DNA from: Isurus oxyrinchus
Lineage: Eukaryota
Direction of reading: 5' to 3'
DNA: 64,000 nt
Assembly: GCA_026770705.1 (NCBI GenBank)
Contig: JANJGN010000242.1
Span: 434,001-498,000 of the forward strand
The stretch's first letter is position 1, and each line of letters opens with the position of its first letter. The notes under the pieces are model-generated. The model was not told the DNA's origin. It searched no databases and was given only the letters and a program-made list of their open reading frames with translations. Made by a program: the position numbers and the translations under genes. Of the stretch, positions 10,752 to 25,156 are shown one piece after another.

Positions 10752-11252
10752 ACTGTCCCAAAATAATGCTGCAGTAATATCTGGACTGAGCTTTACAGTA
10801 ATAGGTGGCGCTGCCATCAATTCTCACATCCCGAATTTCCAGCGAAAATGTCTTTTCTGCTTTATTCGCCGACGCAACAAATATCCCCCCGCTGGAGATC
10901 CGCCCCCGCTCTGTCCCGGTCTGGGTTCATTTGAAGAAATCCCCGCCCGTCAAACGACGAGCGAAAAAAATCACCACCGAACACACAGGTGATGGTGAGA
11001 GACTAACACTCCTTCCTGGTCACCGCTGCCGGGTTCTGTGTCACTGACTGGCTGAAAGAGCCGAGGAATTAAACAGAGAGAGTTTGATGGACATTCAGAG
11101 CCGAACCACAGAGCGGGGTTAAAACCCCAGACAGTGTCTGCAATTGGGATGGACTCGGGCAGCTTTATATTCAATCCAAACAATGTCGGTTTCTTTGATC
11201 GGTACTCACGGGGTAAACAGACACACAGGTTGAAAACAAGGAGGATTCCCAT
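10752..11252 (-). pseudogene. Germline-joined NAR-TCR leader-VD pseudogene B1
   Basis: Leader 11210-11252 intact; acceptor AG>CG; TAG in FR1; +1 frameshift in CDR1 T-run; TGA in FR2. V runs directly into D (TTATTTTGGGACAGT, 10752-10766), then a 12-RSS (heptamer 10745-10751). Confidence 0.9.
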
Positions 11253-12909
11253 CGTTCGGCTGCCTGGAGCTGAGGCTTTATATGACGGGGAGCTGGAGAC
11301 TGCAGCCCTGGATTGCTCTGGGAGAACGGACCTCAGAGCTCGGACTTCTAGGGGGATCGAGTTCATTTGCACAGGGCAGTTTCGCTGAGAGTCATTGTTA
11401 TGCCGCAGGCTTCCCGGATCGCTGGTTAAGTTTTATGTGAATAAGAGACAGGTTTATGAAATTAGGCTGCAATTTTCAGACTCTACATTTGGATTGTGAT
11501 CCGGATGTGAAAGCCCCTCCCACAATACTCTGGTGGACGGGTGTGGGGGAGGGGGAGAGCTTTTCTTTCTGCCAGTGACGAACTGGGAGATCGGTGCATG
11601 TATTTGTGGTGTTTGTCAAAGGTGGAACGTGGTCCAAGGACACCAGGTGAATCGCCCTGTTCCGGTCTTTTCCCAATATTCCGGAGATTGTTGCCTGGTT
11701 CTTGTGACCCCGGACAGGTATCTGCTGTTTCGCAAAAGGAAATCACAAGGTTTGCTTTAAATACCCCTAGGACCGCCCGTCTGCCAACACAGGAGTGACC
11801 TTGAGCTATGAGACCCACACGGGCTTCATTGATTAACCGGACCCCGTACAATTAAACCACTTCCCCCAAAACCATTGACCAAAACTTATTTCACTTGCAG
11901 CATTTCCAGTTCGGATAAAATTTTACCGATCTGAAACGTTACCTCTGATTCTCTCTCCACTGAGAAGCATCCTAACCGGCTAAGCTTTACTTTCCCAGAA
12001 TGTTCTGTTCTTTTATTTCAGATTTGCAGTATCTCTGGTTTTCGGCATTTCGATTATTGCATCGTGTGGGAGTGGATTGGAACCCATGCTGTGTTTAACT
12101 TGTCTCTGAGCTGTGCTGATTATATTTGATCGATTCTAACGCCTCCTGTTCTTTGGCCTGTGCACGGGGGAGGGGGGGCGAGGGAGGGGATGGGGGGGGG
12201 GGGGGGGGGGGTCGGTGGCGGGAGGGTACTTCGCACTGAGAGACTTGGAAAAAATTGTTGTTTTAAACATTTGTTTTATTCTTTCGTGGGATGTGGGCGT
12301 CGCTGGTTGGTCAGCATTTATTGCCCTGCTCTTATTGCCCTTGTTCAAGGGCATTTAAGAGTCAAGCGCATTGAGGTGGGCCCGGAGTCTGATGTAGGCC
12401 AGACCAGGTAAGGGCAGTAGGTGTCCCTCCCTGAAGCACATTAGTGAAGCAGGAGGGTTTATTAACGGAAATCGGTAATGGTTTAGTGGTCATCATTAGA
12501 ATTGCAAATCTACATTATTAGGAGAATTGATGTTGCGCAGTGAATCCAGGATTGGAGAGTCAGCGTGTCTTTCAGGATCAGCCGCTGATTTTTGAAATAT
12601 TCTATCTTTGTCTTTCAGGAAGAAATGGCAAAGATTCAGGTTCTGAACATCTTTCAGAATGAAGGGGTTGTGAATTGCCTTCGATATCACTGCACTGTGG
12701 TTACTCACCATCTTCCCTCAGTTCTGTTTTACCACCTCCAATATCGCTTGGAAGCTCTGAGCTGTTCACTGAGTATCGGAGCTCGGTGCTGGGGTACATG
12801 TTTCCAAATGTCCCAGTCATGGCGTCTGCTGTTTTACACGAAAAAAACGATACGGTTCCCTTAATATTGATAGAGCCCTTCAATTCGATATCTCGTTTAT
12901 TGGTGTGCT

Positions 12910-13477
12910 GGACACTGCCGGATGCACACACGCACGCCGCACTCAGGTGCAGACACACACACGCATACACACACAACTTTAGCTATCTCCCCTCTGCTGG
13001 ACACTGTCATAACCTTTCTCTCTCTCTCTCTCTCAGACACACACACACACCTTAAGCAATCTAACCACTGCTGGACACTGTCATAATCACAAACACACAC
13101 ACATACACACAAACACACACACACACACACACACATACACACATTTAGATAATCCACCTTCTGCTGGACACTGCCGGAATCTCTCTCACACACACGCACT
13201 CAAACACACATACACACACACACCTTTAGCAAACTACCCTCGCATGGACACACACACACACACACAAACCTTTAGCAATCTGCCTTCTGCTGCACACTGT
13301 GATAATCACACACACACACACAAACGCACACACTTTACGAAATCTACCATCTGCTGCAGAGTGCCATAATCACACACACAAACCTTTTGCAATTCACCTT
13401 CTGATGGACATGCCGGAAGCACTCACAAACACACACACACATTTAGATAATTCAATTTCTGCTGGACACTGCCTGCA

Positions 13478-13508
<31 letters not shown>

Positions 13509-13770
13509 CACACACACACACACTTTAGCAAGCTACCATCGCTTACACACACAAACCTTAAGCAATCTGCCGTCTGCTGGACACTGTGATAATCACATAC
13601 ACACACGCACACACATACAAACTTTTAGCTCTGCTGGACACTGTGATAATCACACACACACACACGCACACACATTAAGCAATCTACCCTCTGCTGTAAA
13701 GTGTCATAATCTCACACACACACTTTCAGCAATTTAACTTCTGCTGGACACTGCCGGTATCACACTCATT
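12910..13770. repeat. Compound CA/CT microsatellite-minisatellite block
   Basis: Direct inspection. Confidence 0.9.
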
Positions 13771-15299
13771 AACCGTTCTGCTTTTCCTTCTGCGAAGTGT
13801 GATGCGGTGGCGTAGGGGCCTTGTCACTGCACCAGTAACCCAGGGTAATATCCCAAGTTCAAACCCCGCCATAGCGCTTGAATTTAATAATAATCTTGAA
13901 TTACCTTCAGCGGGAAACCGCTGTTAACTGTCATGAAAAAAACTAACTGGCTCGCAGATGGCTTGTCCTGCAGGGGTCTCTAAACACGCAGCTAGTTAGA
14001 AATGCTGACTCTCACTTGGCAGGGCTCTGTCATCAGCAGCGAGTCCACATATCAGCTTTTATGCTCCCATCCAAATAATTTTGGAGTATAAAAACAGATA
14101 ATTATGGCCATAATCGGCAAGTTGGTAAACATGGCAGAGCGAATCAGAAATAAGAATTCATTTCCGTGACATTTCATCTGAACCAAATTTGAGGTGTTGG
14201 AAAATTCTGGTGAAAGGTCACAGGCTGGAAACTTCGTTCTCTTTCTGGTTATGCTTCCAGGCATTACTTTTTGTGTTTCGAATTTGGATAACATTTTGCT
14301 GGGAGATACAAGAGAGGAGGGGGGCATATCACCCGCAAGGCAATCGCAGGCGCATTCTTTTAGGATCAATTTAGTCACATTTTGGGATGAGAATACATAT
14401 GCCCACATTGCGGACATTTCACTTTAAGCACGGATTTTACTGTATAATTATATTAATGTTCTTTAAGAATCATCACACAACGGTACAAAAGAAACACGCA
14501 GGATCTCTCTCGGTTCCCTGGTACAACATCAGACAATAAAGTTCCCAACGTAGCAATTCATTTCCCCTTAATTTTTAAACTTTACGTTCCCCTTTTTTCA
14601 CATTTTCTTTGTGCTGTTTTGTCTTTTTGCAATCGTGGGAACTTGCCCCAAACTCTCTAAGTTGTCTGTTCGGCTCAGCCTGTTCAGTTTCCGCAGTCGT
14701 ATTACTGTTACTCACTGGGAACTGCGTCTTCCGGCTCTCTGACAATTCGTGCTCTTTCCGCTCATTAACTGATCCCCTCCCGGTTTCACTGGGTGGAGAT
14801 TTCTGTCAGTTTTACATTATCGAGGAAGAGGAATGCGCAGGGGAAATGGGCCATTCAACCTGTGCATATCATCACTTCCGGCCAAACCCCACCAGGAATC
14901 TCATTGACAATTTGTATCCAGTTTCCTGTGTTGCTCTGTTCTGTTCTCCCTCCTGTTTGTTGAAGTGTTCCACTAAATATATCAATACTGTCTCCAACCT
15001 CTCCCCGTGGCAGCAACTTCCACATTCTGACCTGCCTTTGTTTCAATTAATTTGTCTTAAATGTTTTATTTGTTCTGTTATTTACTATCATATGTTGACG
15101 GCTATTGCTTTAGACTCAGTGTGTCCAGACTGACACCGTCCATTATTGACAAGATTTCTATGGATATTCCTCTTGGTTTTGTTTTCCAGAAAAAAGAGAC
15201 CAAGCCTGTTCAATATTCCTACAGAGATGTGGATTGTTGCTGATTTCTTTACTCAGGAGTGTAAGAAATCAGGGCAGAGAATCCAATCAATAGAAGCAG

Positions 15300-15820
15300 G
15301 AGCCGCCATATCACCTTTCAAACCTGCTCAGCCATTCAGTAATATCCGGGCTGATTTACAACCTCAGTGTCACATTCCCGCACTCTCCCCAGATCCCTGA
15401 TCCCTTCACTGTCCGAAAAACTGATTAATATACTCTTGAATGCTCACAGATTATGAACACCCCTATCTCTCTGAGTTACGGAATACCACAGATTCACAAC
15501 AACGGTTCTGCTGAAGATATGTTTTCCTTCTCAGATGACTCTTTATTCTGAAGCTGTGACCCCGAGTTCTATACTCCTCAGTCTGGGGAGACACCGACCC
15601 AGAATCTGCCCTGTCAAAGCCCTTCAGTATATTAGATGTTTTCATGAGATCACCATTCATTCTACTAATCTCTAGGAAATATAGACCGAGACGACACAAT
15701 CTCTTCCCAAAGGTCAATCCCTTCACCTCAGGAAGCACTCTGATGAATCTTTGCAGCACTTCTTTCAATGCAGATTGATCTCCCTTCTGTAAGGGGAAGA
15801 AAGCTATACACAGCATTTCG
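15300..15820 (-). mobile_element. CR1-like LINE 3' fragment
   Basis: ORF 15463-15816, same CR1 ORF2 C-terminal motifs. Confidence 0.8.
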
Positions 15821-16705
15821 AACTGGAGTTTATTTCAGCCCTTCCCTCCATAAAGCTCATTCACCACGGAGTCGGATTGTACTTTGAAAGGCGCCCAGAA
15901 ATCATCCAACCCTTCTCCCACTTTCGATTATTTTTTATCTTTCTGGTTCTGAATGAGCATTCTCCTAGTTTGTAATTGTTCCCTTATGTTCCTCACTCTC
16001 TAACTGCACTGTGTTGCTTATTCACAGTATTCAGGAATACAGATACGTTTCAGCAATCCCATCTCTCAAACATTTATTTTTCATGTTAGATGAGTATCTG
16101 CAGTTCCAAACTTTTAAATTTCGGTCTGAGGGCGGAAAAGGGGAAGAGTGTTTGGTTCTATGGAGACAATTGAAAGAAATGGCAGGTGCATTGCTACTAA
16201 ATTTAGTCACTGATTTTCCAATAAGATAATTCCACCTGAAACACATTAGGGTGTTTTATATCTGAAGTCCCTTTCGTCACTCTCCCGTTTTTCTCCCAGG
16301 TGAGTCATTGAACGAGCCTCTGCAGGTTTCCGATATGCCGCAGTTTGTTCAGTTTATTGACCCGGTGCCTCATTCATGTTGCGCGGCTCATACTGCAATC
16401 TGCTGCCCAGGAGGGAGCTCTATGACCCCGCTCCCGTGTTCTAAGGGACAGATAGAGCTCCCTCGGTCACAGTTAACACCGGGAGTGCGGTCTGGATTGT
16501 CGATAATCTGCACTCATTAAAAGCGACTCAGATTGTGAGAGTTCGTGATGTTGATGTTATCCCCGATGTGCCCGTTGATGCAATAATTGTCCAGATCCAG
16601 TCAACTACCACATCCCACCCAAACCCTCCACTGATATCAATAATAAACTGACGGTGAACATTACCCGGGATAGTCTGTAACCCGGCGGGCTTTGAAGTTT
16701 CTTAG

Positions 16706-16761
16706 CGGCTGTGACAATCACCGCCGTCCCGGATCCATACACAGAATCATATTTATAATCA
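16706..16761 (-). pseudogene. NAR-TCR J segment C1 (dead heptamer and donor)
   Basis: DYKYDSVYGSGTAVIVTA; heptamer AACAGTG (16762-16768); donor CTAAGA. Confidence 0.87.
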
Positions 16762-17143
16762 AACAGTGGCACCGCTCTCGGTGTCCGCGGTACAACAACC
16801 ATCGACACCTCAATCTGCTGGGAAGTCATCATCAGACAGTTGAAACTGCGCAATTATTCAGCCGATTTAAATAAATAAACAATATTCATCATTTTAAAGT
16901 CTCGGTTGTTTCAAACTGTTGTTTGTAAGGCACTGAGCTGTGAGTAAATGGTCCCGGGAACGAGATATTCTCTTCATAAAAACCGAGAAAATTATGAAAG
17001 AAAGATAACAGAATGATTTAAACTACAATGCAATGTAACTAAATTACTGCGATAATAACATCAACCCGACAATTCACTATCCGGGCTCGGAGAATTTATA
17101 TTGTGATCGTTCAGAGGTATTTGCTCAGGTCTCTCCCACTGTG

Positions 17144-17642
17144 ACTGTCCCAAAATAATGTTGCCGTAGTATCTGTACTGAGCATTACAGTATTAGGTGG
17201 TGCTGCCTTCAACACTCACATCCCGAATTCCCAGCGAAAATGTCTTTTCTGCTTTATTCACCGACACAGCAAATTTCCCACCGCTGGAGATCCGCTCCCG
17301 CTCTTTCCCGGTCTGGGTTTGTCTGAAGAAATCCCCGCCCGTCAAAGGACGGGCGAAAAAACCACCAGAGAAAACACAGGTAATGGTGAGAGATTGACAT
17401 TCCTTCCTGATCACCGCTGCGGGAGTCTGCACCACTGACTGACCGACAGTGCCTGGAAGTTAAACAGAAGGAGTTTATGGAGCATCAGAGCCGAACCAGA
17501 GAACGAGGTTAAACCCCCAGACAGTGTCTGTAATTGGGATGGACTCGGCCAGCTTTATATTAAATCCCCACAATGTCGGTTTGTCTGATCGGTATTCAAG
17601 GGGTAACCAGACACACAGGGTGAAAACAAGGAGGATTCCATT
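17144..17642 (-). pseudogene. Germline-joined NAR-TCR leader-VD pseudogene C1
   Basis: Leader in-frame ATG lost (AAT) and donor GT>TT; V exon from 17452; TAA at 17193-17195 in the YYC motif. V fused to D, 12-RSS heptamer at 17137-17143. Confidence 0.9.
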
Positions 17643-19544
17643 CGTTCGGCTGCCTGGAGCTGATTGTTTATATGACGGGAAGCTGGGGACTGCAGCCCTG
17701 GACTGCACTGGGAGACCGGACCTCAGTGCTGGGCTGAAATATTTTAGGGGGATCGAGTTGATTGGCACAGGGCAGTGTCGCTGAGATTGTTGATTTGCTG
17801 CACGGATCCCGGGTTGCTGGCTTAGTTTAGTGTGAATAAGAGAAAGGTTTATAAAAGGAGGCTGCAATTTCCTGACTCTACATTTGGATTGTGATCCGGA
17901 TGTGAAAGCCCCTCCCACAATACTCTGGGGTACAGGGGTGGGGGGAGGGGAGATTTTCTTTCTGCCAGTTGGGCTGCCGCATTCCTTACCCCGCAGTGAT
18001 GAACTAGGAGGTTGATGCATGTGCTGTACTGGGTGGTGGTTGTTTAAGGTGGAACGTGGGCCCAGGACGCAAGGAAAATTCCCCCTCCCCGCTCTTACTC
18101 CAATATTGCGGAGATTGTTTAACATCGTCCTGAAAGGGCTGGCGGGACCTCAGTTCGACTCCTGATCTGAAGTTCGGCGCCTCAGACCCGCCATCTTCCC
18201 TGGCCCAGCAACCGGGGAAAGGTTAGAATATGAAGTAGCCCAGTGACATTACCAATATCCTGGTAGGTCTGCACAACATGCACATAAACTAGTTATGGTT
18301 AGTTCAGTTCGCTGCATTGCGAGCTTGTCGTTCGGAAAAATGTAACAACACTGGTTCTATTGGGGTTCTGGCTGAGGCAGGCTTGTGGCCTTCCTGCTCC
18401 TGCGGGTGGAAGGCAATTGTAAAGCAAAGCTAACAGGAAAGCAACTCAGGGTGAAGCAACTGCAGAAAATCGGCCATTGGCGGAGCAGACATGAAATAAT
18501 ACAAAAAACCAACTCCCCTCGTCATTGAAACAATTGCTTCCCATACCAGTTCTGCGGCGGATTACAGACAAAATGATGCTTCATGTCAGCTCTGTTTGAT
18601 TTCCAGGTGGGGGACATTCAGAATTTCCGTTTGAACCGACACAGTTTGAAAAGACACCCGGAAGGGCAATGGACTTTGAGGAAACACTGTGCTTGGAGCT
18701 TGCTTTAAAGTTCACATTCACTGCTTTCTGTTCTGCAAAATGGGTTCTTTTTATTCGTTCACGCAACGTGCGCTTCGCTGGCAGGGCCAGTATTTATTGC
18801 CCATCCCTAGCTGCCTTTGAGAAGGTGGTGGTGAGCTGCCTTCTTGTCCACTGCAGACCCTGTCGTTTAAGAGCACCCGCTGTGCTGTTTGGGAGGCAGC
18901 TCCAGGATTTTGACATAATGGCAGCAGAGGAAAGGCTTCGAACTCACGATGCTGAGTGACTCTAAGCTGTTAAGAATTATCTCTTACCCAGCAACAGCAA
19001 CACTCGCCCAAATAAGCCCTATGACAAGGCCGAGGTCAAAGACTTCATAAACCTGACACCGGTGTTAGGAAAAATGCTGCGCAGCATTGAGGGCAGGGGC
19101 AAAAAGACCATTAAGGGGCGAAAGGGACATTGAAACAGCAACACACCTCACAAAAAGGGCCGACCGCACGTCACATAGACATGGACGATTATTTGACCTT
19201 GAGCAGATAAAATCACAATTTTTTCTGCATGTTCGGCCAATTGGTGAGTATTTTTAATGTAATTAAAATCCGGCTTTGAGGCTACTACAGAGTGTAAAGT
19301 ACTGTTTAAAATAAACATGTGCATGTGTAGTGCAGTATAAACGTAATTAAAACAAATAGGGATATGGTCTGGAATAGTGTTAACAAAGACAGGGCTGGTG
19401 TGATTTTAATAAATATCGGGTCTAATTCAGTAATCACTGAGGCGAGGCCTGTAATGAAACATGTAGAAATGGCATCGAGTGCAACAGGGAACTTGTTTAG
19501 AGCAGCCAGAACGAAGACAGGACCCCACGAAATCTAAATAGAGT

Positions 19545-19760
19545 GAAGAGTAGTGTTTTAAGTTCCTCCTTCCGGTTCAGCTCTTGATTTTCAAGTGCCT
19601 TTGGAAAGTTCTCTAAGTGTTCCACGGTAAAGACAGACACAAAATACTTGTGCAACGCCTCTGTGATTTCCTTGCCTTCTATTATCAATTCCCGAAGTAC
19701 ACTACCGAGAAGACTAACACTAGCTTTAATCAATATTTCATTCTTTAAATATCTGTTGAA
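19545..19760 (-). mobile_element. CR1-like LINE ORF2 internal fragment
   Basis: ELIIEGKEITEALHKYFVSVFTVE resembles the CR1 'LNxYFxSVFT' motif. Confidence 0.75.
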
Positions 19761-20099
19761 ATTCTTACTCCCTAATTTTTGAAATATTCTACTTTTGTCT
19801 TTCAGGAAGAAATGGCGAAGATTCGGTTTCTGAACATCTTTCAGAATGAAGGGGTTGTGAATTGCCCTGGATATCACTGCACTGTGTTATCTCGCCAACC
19901 TGCGTCAATTCTGTTTTACCACCTCCAATATCGCTTGGAAGCTCTGAGATGTTCATTCATCATTGGAGCTGGGTGATGGCGTACATTGTTCCACATGTCC
20001 TAGTCATAGCGTCTGCTGTTTTACACGAAGAAAACTAAACGGTTCCCTTAATATTGATGGAGCCCTTGAGTTCGACATCGCCGTTTGCTGCTGTGCCGG

Positions 20100-20114
20100 A
20101 CACTTCCAGTATCA

Positions 20115-20173
<59 letters not shown>

Positions 20174-20288
20174 ATTTAGCAATCTATCCACTGCTGGGCA
20201 CAGTCATAATCACACACACACAGACAAACACACAAACACAAATACGCACACCTTTAGCCATCTACTTTCTGCTGGACACTGCTGGAAA

Positions 20289-20364
<76 letters not shown>

Positions 20365-20365
20365 C
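20100..20365. repeat. (CT)n(CA)n microsatellite block
   Basis: Direct inspection. Confidence 0.9.
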
Positions 20366-21080
20366 GGAGTCATCCAGAGATTACAACCCGAGAGGTCTTG
20401 CTTTTTAGTCTACTGCCTAACTCCCTGAATTCTTGATGCAAAACATCGTCGTCCTTTCGAACAATGTCATTGGTACCAACATGTACCATCACCTCTTCCT
20501 TATCGCCTTTCAGGATGCCATGCAGCCGTTCAGTGACATCCAGCACTGGCACCAGGGAGGCAACACACCATCCTAGAGACACGTTGACGGCTGCAGTAGC
20601 GCCTATCTGTTCCCCTGACTACAGAATCACCTAATACTATTGCTCTTCCTCTCTTTCTCCCGTCCTGAACTTACTGGCTCCTTTTACAGCCAGAAGCTTG
20701 GCTCTGTCTGCACTCCCTGGAGGAACCAGCGCACTCATCAGCCTCAAAAATGGAATACAAATTTGCGTGCGGAACCCCAAAGGGCTCCTAATCTACCTGC
20801 CTGTTTCTCCTGAGTTACCTAGGACTACCCATTCCCTACATTCCTCAAGTCTCTTCAGCTGCAGTGTGACCACCTCTGTAAATGTGCTATCCTAGATGCT
20901 CTCAGACGCACGGATGCTCTACAGTGTCCCCATCCGCTGTTCCATCTCTGAAACCCGAGATTCAGGACACAATTCCTGAACACATGCTGGTTCTGAGTAC
21001 TGGAAATGTTCCCGGCTTCCTACATGGAGAATGAGGAGCACATCACGGCTTTGAGCTCTCTTGTCATCTTATATCCCTTT
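20365..21080 (-). mobile_element. CR1-like LINE ORF1 remnant (SGNH/esterase type)
   Basis: DVTERLHGILKG..VMVHVGTNDI..EFRELGSRLKSKTSRVVISG. Confidence 0.8.
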
Positions 21081-21500
21081 AAATTAAACCTATTAAATCA
21101 ATTACCCTCGGGCCCTTCTTTCCTGATCCTCGTTACAGCAGAAGGTACAAACTACAAACCACAAACAGACCTTAAACTAGAAGCAATTACAGTCGTAAAT
21201 ACTTCCCGACTTTACCCACTACCTACCAGTCATTTCTTTCCCTTGTAGCCTCTAACGCTGTAGCCTCTAACGCTGTAGCAGGTCAAGGACACACTCAGAA
21301 GATTTAAGAAGTTGGATAGCAGAGATTCAATGTAGAGAGCACCTCCTCCCCTCTGCGCCGAATTCCCACTGTGCACCAAATTACCAATAGCCACACTCAC
21401 TCTGGCTGTGTGTCACTCAGGATGTGTTCACTCACTTTTTCGTGTGCAAGCACCATGCGCAGGTTTTTGTACAGCTCTCTCCGTGTTCTGTACCACTGTG

Positions 21501-21801
21501 CGCCGACTCAGTGCACAGTAATACACAGCGGAATCTGTCAGTTGTAGTTTGGAGATATTAAACCGGCTGATTTTCTCGGCAGCATCGATAGAAGCAGAAA
21601 TTCTTCCCCCGGCAGCATTTTCTTTATTTTCCTCTCCTGAAGTGTGTCTCTGAAGCAGATATTCCGGAGCCTGTCCTGGGGACTGACGATACCAGTGTAC
21701 TGTGTACGGACAGAACCCTGAATATTCACAGCTTAAAGTAACGCTGTCACCGGCAGCAGAGGTTTGTTCAGGCGGATTTCGGGAAATTATGGAACTGGAA
21801 T
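21501..21801 (-). CDS. TRDV: Supporting TCR-delta V exon S2
   Basis: DSSSIISRNPPEQTSAAGDSVTLSCEYSGFCPYTVHWYRQSPGQAPEYLL...LQLTDSAVYYCALSR; open and leaderless. Consensus CACAGTG-23-ACAAAAACC at 21500-21462. Confidence 0.94.
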
Positions 21802-23279
21802 CTAGAGGATATAGAAAAGGGACATTTTATTCATGTTCAGCCACTGCTTGATCAGGTGAATATGTCAATCGCGTACATAGCTCTGCTTTCTGCAGTAATT
21901 TTACTTGCTGGAAGCCTGTTTGAACCGTGTTCACTCTTATGAAAATATAATCAACTCGGGAATTAGATGATATCTTGTTTTACATGGCGAACTCTTCCGA
22001 TCAGTACTGCACTGTCTGAAATGGTGTTGGGGACAGATTCCATTGTAACTTTCAAACGAGTAATGGATCTATACTGGAAATGTAAATAAAAATATAAAGC
22101 TATGGAGAAACTTCACGGGCAGTGTGAACAATTGGATTGCACTTTTAAAGGGTCAGCGCCTACACGAGGGGCTGAATGTCATCATTCCGTGCTGGATAAT
22201 TCTGTGAGTTATGTTACATTCCAGTTTCTATTTTCCTTAATGAGACACAAACACGAGGGAGCATTTCATGTTCAACGAGGCAACCAATTTCCAACAAAAA
22301 CGATTTGTTGGACAGGAACACAACTGTGTTGCATGACTGTGCACTGCAATATCCAGCACAGACTGATGAGAATCGTCAGCACCGATTGGGCAAAACCGAG
22401 AGTGAGCATCAGTGGTCAACGGTTAATCATTTACTGCGGTTTAAAACTAATCAGGAATTTCTATCTGCCTTCTGCTCTATTTCTCAATGTTCTATCAATA
22501 GTGTCCTATTTCATGCAGATCAGCTTAATTTCAAATATATGCAATTAATTTCATTTTATTTCTTTAATTTCACATTTCCTTTATTTCACATTTTATTTGT
22601 GCTCTATGCGGTTTTTTCAATCGTGCGAACTCGCCCTAAAATCTCTCAGTTGTCAGTTGGGCTCAGTCTGTTCAATTTCCGCAGCGGTTTTACTGTTAAT
22701 CACTCGGAACTGCCTCTTCTGGCTCTCTGACAATTTCAACGCTTTCAGCAGGTTGACAATTTCTCTCTCGGGTTCACTGGGCGGAGGTTTCTCTCAATTT
22801 TACATTATCGAGGAAGAAGAATGTTGAAGACGAATGGGCCTTTCAGCCTGTGTGTATAATCAATTCCAGCCTGACCCGACCCGACACCTAACTGACCATT
22901 TCCATCCAGCTCCGTGTGTTGGTCTATTCCATTCTCCCTCCTGAATTTTCTAGTGTTCCACTAAATATATCAATACCAACTCCAACCTCTCCCTGTGGCA
23001 GCAAGTTCCACATTCTAAACTACATTTGTTTCAATTCATTTGTCTTAAATGTTTTATTTGTTCTGTTAGTTACTGTCATATGCTGACGGCTACTGATTTA
23101 GACTCAATTTGTCCAGAATAATACCGTTCATTATTGAAAAAATTCTATGGATATCCGTCAAAACTCTGTTTTCCGGAAAAAAGACACCCAGCCTGTTCAA
23201 TCTTCCCAGAAAGATGTCGATTGTGCTGATTTCTTTACTCAGGAGTTTAAGAAATCAGGGCAGATAATCCCATCAATAG

Positions 23280-23805
23280 AAGCAGGAGCCGCCAGATCAC
23301 CTTTCATACCTCCTCAGCCACTCAGTAATATCCGGGCTGATTTACAACCTCAACATCACATTCATACCCTCTTCCCATACCCCTGATCCCTTCAGTGTCC
23401 GAAAACCTGACGAATATTCTCTTGAATGCACGCAGATTATGAACATCCAGAGATCTCCGAATTACGGAATGCCACAGATTCACAACATTGTTTTTACTGA
23501 AGATATATCTTCCTTCTCAGATGACTCTTTATTCTGAAGCTGTAACCCCGAGTTATATACGCCTCAGTCTGGGAAACACCGGCCCAGAATCTACCCTGTC
23601 AAAGCCCTTCAGAATATTTTATGTTTTCATGAGATCACCTCTCTTTCTTCTAAACTCTAGGAAGTATAGAACGAGATGACTAAATATCTTTCCATTGGAC
23701 AATCCCTTCATCACAGGAATCAGTTTGATGAATCTTTGTTGCACTCCTTCCAATGCAGATTGATCTCTCTTCTGTAAGGAGACCAAAATTTTACATAGCA
23801 TTTCG
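23280..23805 (-). mobile_element. CR1-like LINE 3' fragment
   Basis: Paralogue of 2430-2960. Confidence 0.75.
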
Positions 23806-24722
23806 GACTGGAGTCCAATTCAGTCATTTCCTCCATAAACCTCCCCCAAAATCGAATCGGACTGTACATTGAAAGTTGGCTAGAAATCATCCAATCCTTC
23901 TCTCACTTTCGATTATTTTTTCCTTGCTGGATCTAAATGAGCATTCTCCTTGTTTGTAATTGTTTCCTTCTGTCCCTATTCTCCTTTATAAGATTAATGC
24001 ATTACCCTGACTCGCTCACTGCACTGCGTTGTTTCAATTCACAGTAATCAGGGATACAGATACATTACACCAATCCCATCCCTCAAACATTTACATTCAA
24101 TATAGAGAAGTGACTGCAGTTCCAACCTTTTACATTTCGATCTGAGAGTGGAAACGGAGGAAAGTGATTGCTTCTATGAAGACAACTGAAAGGAATGGCG
24201 GGGACAATGACAATAATTGCAGTCACTGATTGTCAAACAATAGAATTTCATCTGGACCCACATCAGGATCTCTTATATCTGAAATCCCTTGTGTCACTCT
24301 CCCCTTTTGCTCCCGGGTCAGGTCTGGAACGAGCCGCTGCAGGTATCCGAACTGGCCGCAGTTGTGTTGAGATTATTCACCCGGTATCTCATTCACGTTG
24401 CGCGGCTCGGACAGCAATCTGCTGCCCAGGAGAGAGCTCTGTGACCCCGCTCCCGGGCACTAAGGGACACATAGATCTCCCTCAGTCACAGTTAACACCG
24501 GGGGTTCAGTCCGGAGTGTCGACAATCTCCACTCATTAAAAGCGATTCAGAGTGTGAGAGTCCGTGATGTTGATATTGCCCCCGATGTGCCCGTTAGAAC
24601 AATAATGGTCCAGATTCCGCCAAATCCCACATCCCACGTAAATTACACTAATCTCAATAATAAACTGACGGTGAACATTACCCTGGACAGGCTGTAACCC
24701 GGCGGGGTTTGGAACTACTTAC

Positions 24723-24775
24723 CGGCTGTGACAGACACCACCGTCCCGGATCCATCCGCATAATCAGTTTCCCAC
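24723..24775 (-). CDS. NAR-TCR J segment A2
   Basis: WETDYADGSGTVVSVTA, donor GTAAGT; RSS CACGATG-23-ACAACAACC (24776-24814). Confidence 0.9.
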
Positions 24776-25156
24776 CACGATGACACCGCTCTCAGTCTCC
24801 CCGGTACAACAACCACCGACACGTCAACTTGCCGGCAAATCATCATCAGACAGTAGAAACTGCCCAATTATTCAGCCGTTTAAAATAAATAAAAATGTTC
24901 AATGTTTCAAAGACTCTATCGGTTCAAACTGTTCTTTGTGAGGCCCTGAGCTCTGAGTAAATGATCCCGGGAACGAGGTGCTCGCTTCATATAAACCGAG
25001 AAAAATATCAAAGAAAGAGAACTGAATGGTGGAAATTACAATGAAATGTAACCAGATTCCAGCGATAATAACATGAAACCGACTATTCACTATCCAGGCC
25101 CGGAGAATTTATATTGTGATCGTAGACAGGTATTTGCTCGGATCTCTCCCACTGTG

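Noticed and set aside
10752-10800. VD joints as somatic rearrangements from lymphocyte DNA captured in the assembly
   Set aside because: The same junction occurs in six tandem copies that have diverged and share inherited lesions, which needs germline transmission.
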